DNA of 64,000 bases from an uncultured OCS116 cluster bacterium (lineage in GTDB: Bacteria; Pseudomonadota; Alphaproteobacteria; Rhizobiales; TMED25), in the NCBI GenBank assembly GCA_902538185.1, contig CACBED010000001.1:34195-98194 (forward strand). The letters are read 5' to 3'. Within the stretch, counting starts at the first letter, position 1; each line of letters starts with the position of its first letter. The notes under the pieces were generated by a model, which was not told the origin of the DNA, made no database searches, and worked only from the letters and a program-made list of their open reading frames with translations. The position numbers and the translations under genes are program-made. Positions 58,252 through 64,000 of this stretch are shown here, in pieces.

Positions 58252-58923
58252 ATGAAAAGTGATAGTCCCTATGTATCCAAGCTATATGGTCGGAAAAAAA
58301 GCCGCTCTCTCAATACTTATAGTCAATATATTTTAAAAAATCTATTTCCGAAGTACAAGTTTGAAGATGAGTCCGTTATCGCCATTGATGACAATATCGA
58401 ATTTGAGATTGGATTTGGGTATGGGGAACATCTGCTCTGGCAAGCTATAAATAATAAAAATAAAATGTTTATTGGAGCCGAGCCATTTATAAGTGGCGCT
58501 GTAAACTTAATCAAGGAAATAAATCAGAAACAAATCAAAAATATCAGGATTAGCACAGATGACGCTATCAATATTTTAGACACCATGGCGGATTGTTATC
58601 TCTCATCTATCTACATATTATTCCCTGACCCCTGGCCGAAAAGAAGACACCATAAAAGGCGATTAATCAATCCGAACAATGTTGATAAATTTCATAGAGT
58701 GCTTAAAAAAAATGGTAAAATCATAATCGCTAGCGATCATAAAGGATACATACACTCAATATTATTAGATTTTTTGTATGATAATCGATTTGATTGGATA
58801 TGTGAAAAAAGCAGTGATTTTACCGAAAAGCCATTCCCATCAACACAATCAAAATACGAAAAGAAAGCCATCAAAAATAACCAAAACCCGGTCTATTTTA
58901 CTTTCAAAAAAATAAGCTTGTAA
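58252..58923 (+). CDS. trmB: tRNA (guanine46-N7)-methyltransferase
   Basis: EIGFGYGEHL and FPDPWPKRRHHKRRL motifs. The ATG at 58252 lies 2 nt after the metK stop. The track start at 58201 would overlap metK by 49 nt. Confidence 0.85.
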   Translation: MKSDSPYVSKLYGRKKSRSLNTYSQYILKNLFPKYKFEDESVIAIDDNIEFEIGFGYGEHLLWQAINNKNKMFIGAEPFISGAVNLIKEINQKQIKNIRISTDDAINILDTMADCYLSSIYILFPDPWPKRRHHKRRLINPNNVDKFHRVLKKNGKIIIASDHKGYIHSILLDFLYDNRFDWICEKSSDFTEKPFPSTQSKYEKKAIKNNQNPVYFTFKKISL

Positions 58924-58975
58924 TATTTACACCTTAAAGATATAATTAAATCAAATTCAGGAATTCAACAATAAT

Positions 58976-59002
58976 AGGCTTTCTCGAAAAGCCTTTTTTT
59001 TT
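58976..59002 (+). terminator. Rho-independent terminator after trmB
   Basis: AGGCTTT-CTCG-AAAGCCT (7-bp stem, 4-nt loop) followed by a run of nine T (58994-59002). Confidence 0.6.
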
Positions 59003-59027
59003 GGGTTTTTATACATTAAGTAAAAGA

Positions 59028-59534
59028 ATGGAAGAACATCGGATAAATAACGAAACATTGGAAGAGAGTAAAATTTCTTCTCTGATTGAGTTAGAACTTA
59101 AAGAGCTTGGTTATCTAATTGTGCAAGTAAAAATTAATAGTCACGAGAAGGCATTACAAATTATGATGGAGAGAATTTCCGGAAAACTTAATATCAATGA
59201 TTGTACCAAAGCTAGCAGACTAATAATGCCAATGATTGAATCCAATAGATTGTTACCTGATAATTACAGGATTGAAATATCATCACCCGGTATTGATCGT
59301 ATTTTAGTTAGGAGGAAAGACTTTATTCAAAATATTGGTAATGAAGTCAAGGTAGAATTAATCGAGAAAATTGAAAATAAAAAAAATTACAGGGGTGAAA
59401 TTTTTGGATTTCAGGAGGATTATCTGCTACTCACTGACGCAAAGTCAACTGAGGTAAATAATAAAGTGAAAATACCCATTCAAAATATTAACAAGGCAAA
59501 ACTAGTATTTAGTGATAAATTATTGAAACTATAA
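59028..59534 (+). CDS. rimP: Ribosome maturation factor RimP
   Basis: LGYLIVQV and ISSPGIDR motifs, first gene of rimP-nusA-infB-rbfA. The track start (TTG at 59001) lies in the terminator T-run, so the ATG at 59028 is preferred. Confidence 0.8.
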   Translation: MEEHRINNETLEESKISSLIELELKELGYLIVQVKINSHEKALQIMMERISGKLNINDCTKASRLIMPMIESNRLLPDNYRIEISSPGIDRILVRRKDFIQNIGNEVKVELIEKIENKKNYRGEIFGFQEDYLLLTDAKSTEVNNKVKIPIQNINKAKLVFSDKLLKL

Positions 59535-59548
59535 ATTGGAGAGTGAAT

Positions 59549-61207
59549 ATGTCCGAGGCAGGAATAAGCGCAAACAGACTTGAATTACTTCAAATTGCTG
59601 ATGCAGTAGCAAGAGATAAGTCCATAGACAAAGATATTGTGATCTCTGCGATGGAAGATGCAATACAAAAAGCAGCAAAAACTCGTTATGGGAGCGAAAA
59701 TGAAATTCGCGCAGAAATTGATCCTACAACTGGACAAACAAATCTTGCAAGATTACTAGAGGTTGTTGAAGTCGTTGAAAATAAAGCAACCGAAATAGAT
59801 TTAAAAGAAGCTAGAAAAAAAAATAAAGAAGCAGAAATAGGTGACTTCATCTCTGAAGAACTACCACCCATTGAATTTGGAAGAATTGCAGCCCAAAGTG
59901 CAAAACAAGTTATATTTCAAAAGGTTAGAGATGCTGAAAGAGATCGTCAATATGATGAATTTAAAGATAAAATTGATGAGGTCATATCAGGAATCGTCAA
60001 GAGGGTCGAATACGGAAATGTCATTGTTGACCTTGGCAGAAATGAAGCTATCATTAGACGAGATGAGCTACTTCCTCGAGAAAGCTTTAGAAGTGGCGAC
60101 AGAGTCCTTGCTTACATCCAAGATGTCAGGCGTGAACCCAGAGGACCACAAATTTTTCTATCAAGAACTAACAATAATTTTATGGCAAAGTTATTTATGC
60201 AAGAAGTACCAGAAATATACGATGGTATTGTAGAGATTATATCAGTTGCACGCGATCCTGGAAGCAGAGCTAAAATTGCTGTACATACATCTGAAAATTC
60301 AATCGACCCCGTTGGCGCCTGCGTAGGTATGAGAGGAAGCCGTGTCCAATCCGTTGTAAATGAATTACAAGGTGAAAAAATCGATATAGTTAAATGGAGC
60401 CCGGATATAGCTACATTTGTAATAAGTTCACTTGCCCCTGCGGAAGCAACAAAAGTTGTCTTAGATGAAGAGATTGAGCGCATAGAGGTTGTTGTACCTG
60501 ATGACCATCTGTCTCTTGCAATCGGCAGGCGAGGACAAAATGTGAGACTCGCAAGTCAACTTACCAAGTGGGATATTGATATACTGACTGAAGCTGAGGA
60601 ATCGGAAAGAAGGCAAAATGAATTTAATGAAAAAAGTGAAATTTTTATACAAGCACTCGATGTTGATGAAGTAATCGCGCAACTTCTTGTTTCAGAGGGC
60701 TTCTTATCTATTGAAGATCTTGTTTTTGTTGAAACATCAGAAATATCATCCATCGAGGGTTTTGATGATGATACAGCTGTTGAAATTCAATCGCGTGCCA
60801 AAACATTTATTGAAGAAGAGGGCAAAAAGCAGGATGCAAAAAGAAAAGAGCTGGGAGTCCAGGATGATCTGGCACAAATTGACGGTATGACAGCCAGTAT
60901 GCTTGTCGCTCTCGGAGAAAATGATATAAAAACTCTAGACGATTTTGCTGGATGTTCAACGGACGAACTATTTGGATGGGTAGAAAAGACTGAAATGGGA
61001 AGCAAAAAACAAAATGGACTTTTCACTGGCTTCGATATAACGATGGAAAAAATAGAAGAGATGATTCTTCATGCAAGACTAAAACTTGGTTGGATAGCTG
61101 AAGTTGATGAAGTCGATCTAGATATTGACGATAATAACTCAAATGAAATTGTAGATGATAAATTAGAATTAGCAGAAAAGCTTGCAAATGCAAGAATACT
61201 GAAATAA
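59549..61207 (+). CDS. nusA: Transcription termination/antitermination factor NusA
   Basis: S1 domain (GIVKRVEYGNVIVDLG), KH domains (GACVGMRGSRVQ, LAIGRRGQNVRLAS) and C-terminal acidic repeats. GGAG lies 7 nt before the ATG at 59549; the track start is GTG at 59543. Confidence 0.95.
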   Translation: MSEAGISANRLELLQIADAVARDKSIDKDIVISAMEDAIQKAAKTRYGSENEIRAEIDPTTGQTNLARLLEVVEVVENKATEIDLKEARKKNKEAEIGDFISEELPPIEFGRIAAQSAKQVIFQKVRDAERDRQYDEFKDKIDEVISGIVKRVEYGNVIVDLGRNEAIIRRDELLPRESFRSGDRVLAYIQDVRREPRGPQIFLSRTNNNFMAKLFMQEVPEIYDGIVEIISVARDPGSRAKIAVHTSENSIDPVGACVGMRGSRVQSVVNELQGEKIDIVKWSPDIATFVISSLAPAEATKVVLDEEIERIEVVVPDDHLSLAIGRRGQNVRLASQLTKWDIDILTEAEESERRQNEFNEKSEIFIQALDVDEVIAQLLVSEGFLSIEDLVFVETSEISSIEGFDDDTAVEIQSRAKTFIEEEGKKQDAKRKELGVQDDLAQIDGMTASMLVALGENDIKTLDDFAGCSTDELFGWVEKTEMGSKKQNGLFTGFDITMEKIEEMILHARLKLGWIAEVDEVDLDIDDNNSNEIVDDKLELAEKLANARILK

Positions 61208-61241
61208 TTGGAAATAATTTATAATTGAATAAATTCTGAAC

Positions 61242-63656
61242 ATGACCGAAGAAAAAAATATAAAAGATGATAAAAACGCGAAAGGGTCAAAAAAAACTCT
61301 TAGTCTAAAAACCAATGTTAATCCCACTCAAATTAGATCCAACTTCTCATCGAACAGGGCTAACACTGTAGTTGTAGAAACAAAAAGAAAAAGAGTCATA
61401 AGAAACCCTGAAAAGGCAAGCTCTTCTGATAAAATGCAGAGTGGTGAACTCACAAATCGAGAAATAAATGCAAGAAACCAAGCAATAATTGACTCAAAAA
61501 ATTCCAATTTAAACGTACCTAAAACTGATGCTGGACATATTACAGATACTACCAAAGGTGAGAGAAGTAAAATTCAAGAAAAAAATGATGTAGTCAATGA
61601 AAACATTCTCGACAGCTCAAATGTCCCCTTTCCACAAGAAGTGGATGGTGGTAAGAAAAATAAAAGAAATGCAGATTCAGTTGAAGAGCAAAAACAAGAT
61701 GTACTTGACGAAGAAATAGATGAAGCAAAAGCACCGAATAAGTTTACAAGATTTCGACCTCAAGAGGAGCGTCGACAAACAAAAATTACTGTCACAACTG
61801 CATTGGACGACTCCCCGAGACAAAGATCTCTTGCTTCAATAAGAAGGAGGAGGGAACGTGAAAGAAGGCAACACACAACCCCTATGCCAACACAAAAAAT
61901 AAACAGAGAAATTATAATCCCAGAAGCAATATCAATAAAAGAACTCGCAAATAGAATGGCTGAGAGAGCTGTCGACGTAATCAAACTGCTTATGAAGCAA
62001 GGCCAAATGAATAAAATTACAGATGTAATTGACGCTGATACAGCACAGCTAATTGCAGAAGAATTAGGACATAGTGTAAAAAGAGTTTCTGAGTCTGACG
62101 TTGAGGAAGGCCTTGAGGGGGTTGATGATAAGGAAGATGATTTACAACCAAGATCTCCTGTTGTCACAATTATGGGACATGTTGACCATGGTAAAACAAG
62201 TTTGCTTGACGCACTAAGAGAAACAAGTATAGTTTCGGGGGAAGCAGGAGGAATAACCCAACACATTGGAGCATACCAGCTTAAAACCTCGAAAAAAAAC
62301 ACAATAACATTTATAGATACGCCAGGTCATGCCGCATTCACATCAATGCGGTCTAGGGGGGCTAAAGTTACTGATATAGTAGTTATCGTTGTTGCCGCAA
62401 ATGACGGCGTAATGCCACAAACGATTGAGGCTATTAGCCATTCTAAAGAGGCTAATGTGCCAATAATAGTTGCAATAAACAAAATAGACCTAGATGGGGC
62501 TGATCCAAATAGAGTAAAAAACGAACTACTAACGCACGAAGTAATAGTGGAGTCACTCGGTGGCGATATATTGGAGGTTGAGGTATCAGCCACAAAAAAA
62601 ACTAATCTTGATCAATTAATTGACACAATTATTTTACAATCGGAAGTACTTGATCTCAAAGCTAACCCAAACCGCATCGCAGATGGGACAGTAATAGAGT
62701 CCTCACTTGACAAAGGCAAGGGGCCAGTAGCTACAGTGCTCGTTCAAAGAGGAACGCTAAATATTGGTGATATTGTTGTCTTGGGGTCAGCTTGGGGTAA
62801 AGTTCGTGCATTATCTAATGATTTGGGAGCATCAATCCAAAAAGCTCAACCATCTGATCCAGTTGAAATTCTTGGTCTGAATGGTGTACCAGAAGCTGGA
62901 GATAAATTCACTGTCGTAAATAGTGAGGCGAGAGCAAGAGAGATTAGCGAATACAGGCAAAGGAAAATAAAGAATTATGCTACAGGGCTCACCAATAAAT
63001 TAACTCTCGAGAATATGATGGGGCAAATAAAAGAGAAAAACCTAAAGGAGCTGCCTGTTCTACTAAAAGCAGATATGCAAGGTTCAATAGAGGCGATCAG
63101 CTCCGCTTTGAATGAGCTTGGCTCTGATGAAGTTGTGGTTAGAATAATCCATTCGGCTGTTGGAGCGGTATCCGAAACTGATATAGCCCTTGCTTCCGCA
63201 TCAAATGCTATATTACTCGCATTTAATGTACGTCCAAACTCAAATGCAAAGCTTCAAGCCCAAACCGATGGTGTCGAAATTAGACAATATTCAATTATTT
63301 ATAATTTAATTGATGAAATTAAACTGGCTTTATCTGGTCTATTAGATCCAACCATTAATGAAAAAATAATTGGTAATGCTGAAGTTAAAGAAGTTTTTTA
63401 TATCTCGAAAGTTGGGAAGGTAGCCGGCTGCATGGTTACTGATGGAATTGTTAGAAATAAAGAAAACTTGAGACTAATTAGGGATAGTATTGTTATCCAC
63501 GAGGGCAAACTCTCATCCCTCAAAAGGTTTCAAGAAGAAGTTCGTGAAGTGCAAGTAAGTCAAGAGTGTGGTATTTCGTTCCAGAATTATCAAGATATAA
63601 AAGCTGGTGATATAATAGAGTGTTATGAAATTGAAACAATAGAAAGATCGCTATAG
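61242..63656 (+). CDS. infB: Translation initiation factor IF-2
   Basis: 804 aa with GTPase motifs [14 protein letters not shown] and NKID, and a charged low-complexity N-terminal region. Confidence 0.96.
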   Translation: MTEEKNIKDDKNAKGSKKTLSLKTNVNPTQIRSNFSSNRANTVVVETKRKRVIRNPEKASSSDKMQSGELTNREINARNQAIIDSKNSNLNVPKTDAGHITDTTKGERSKIQEKNDVVNENILDSSNVPFPQEVDGGKKNKRNADSVEEQKQDVLDEEIDEAKAPNKFTRFRPQEERRQTKITVTTALDDSPRQRSLASIRRRRERERRQHTTPMPTQKINREIIIPEAISIKELANRMAERAVDVIKLLMKQGQMNKITDVIDADTAQLIAEELGHSVKRVSESDVEEGLEGVDDKEDDLQPRSPVVTIMGHVDHGKTSLLDALRETSIVSGEAGGITQHIGAYQLKTSKKNTITFIDTPGHAAFTSMRSRGAKVTDIVVIVVAANDGVMPQTIEAISHSKEANVPIIVAINKIDLDGADPNRVKNELLTHEVIVESLGGDILEVEVSATKKTNLDQLIDTIILQSEVLDLKANPNRIADGTVIESSLDKGKGPVATVLVQRGTLNIGDIVVLGSAWGKVRALSNDLGASIQKAQPSDPVEILGLNGVPEAGDKFTVVNSEARAREISEYRQRKIKNYATGLTNKLTLENMMGQIKEKNLKELPVLLKADMQGSIEAISSALNELGSDEVVVRIIHSAVGAVSETDIALASASNAILLAFNVRPNSNAKLQAQTDGVEIRQYSIIYNLIDEIKLALSGLLDPTINEKIIGNAEVKEVFYISKVGKVAGCMVTDGIVRNKENLRLIRDSIVIHEGKLSSLKRFQEEVREVQVSQECGISFQNYQDIKAGDIIECYEIETIERSL

Positions 63657-63659
63657 AGA

Positions 63660-64000
63660 ATGCTCAAAGGAAAAATACAGAGAGATACTTACAGTCAAAG
63701 GCAACTAAAAGTTGGAGAAATAATCAAGAAGTCACTTTCTGATTTTCTATATAGAGATACAATACATGATGCGGATTTACAGAATATATCTATTACGATA
63801 ACTCAGGTAACCGTGAGTCCTGATTTGAAACAAGCAACTGCTTACGTAATGCCACTTGGTGGAATGGGGGCTATTGATATTGTTGCAGCTCTAAATAAGA
63901 ATTCCAGATATATCAGAGGTAGAATTGCTCCAAAACTATCCTTAAAATTCACTCCTTCAATTGTCTACAGAGAGGATCAAACATTTGAATATGCCTCAAA
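63660..64000 (+). CDS. rbfA: Ribosome-binding factor A, truncated by the window end
   Basis: Not in the ORF track (no stop in the window). My translation from the ATG at 63660 is MLKGKIQRDTYSQRQLKVGEIIKKSLSDFLYRD...ISITITQVTVSPDLKQATAYVMPLGG. This fits the RbfA pattern, and it follows infB by 3 nt. Confidence 0.85.
   Translation, partial: MLKGKIQRDTYSQRQLKVGEIIKKSLSDFLYRDTIHDADLQNISITITQVTVSPDLKQATAYVMPLGGMGAIDIVAALNKNSRYIRGRIAPKLSLKFTPSIVYREDQTFEYAS

Noticed and set aside
59841-60233. 130-aa same-strand alternative-frame ORF inside nusA
   Set aside because: It has a GTG start without an RBS, lies within the conserved S1/KH region of NusA, and its product has no recognisable features. An overprinted gene cannot be excluded without conservation analysis, but nothing supports one.
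61760-62302. 180-aa antisense ORF inside infB, and similar long antisense ORFs (8226-8639, 12087-12449, 33902-34333, 55967-56344, 60112-60483)
   Set aside because: All lie opposite strongly conserved genes in the frame that codon-usage periodicity tends to keep open. The proteins are low-complexity with no motifs, and no start-site signals are visible.

Overview
The window is an AT-rich, very gene-dense bacterial chromosome segment with about 70 CDS, one tRNA and spacers that are mostly under 30 nt. All calls come from reading the supplied translations and the DNA by eye and from remembered family motifs. No BLAST, HMM or folding computation was possible.

Gene order is typically alphaproteobacterial: aroA-cmk-rpsA-ihfB, trpFBA-accD-folC, hrcA-grpE facing rph-rdgB-hemW, olsB...fur-plsC-miaB-phoH-ybeY-lnt, and rimP-nusA-infB-rbfA. 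With the base composition and a proteorhodopsin, this suggests a streamlined marine alphaproteobacterium (SAR11-like or a neighbouring lineage). That assignment is an inference.

Two housekeeping blocks (1-10416 on the minus strand, 32929-64000) flank a mixed-orientation central part (about 10.5-32.9 kb) that looks more accessory.

The most interesting content is in that central part:
- A nine-gene co-directional string (23583 down to 19035) contains a blue-tuned proteorhodopsin. A perfect 12-bp hairpin follows it, then a DCC-family gene and an uncalled 41-codon DUF2256-like ORF. Upstream lies an ATGA-coupled trio: a ceramidase-family 7-TM hydrolase, CutA, and a BacNav-type voltage-gated channel with a non-canonical TLSSWEN filter and no C-terminal coiled coil.
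- An orphan CoA-dependent catabolic cluster (25057-32912) has no regulator or transporter. It holds a class III aminotransferase, a GctAB-like and a CaiB-like CoA-transferase, a MenB/BadI-like crotonase, a VOC/epimerase, an SMP-30 lactonase-like protein and an M24 protein with an apparently degenerate metal site.

I found no CRISPR array, transposase, integrase, phage gene, rRNA or recognisable defence system.
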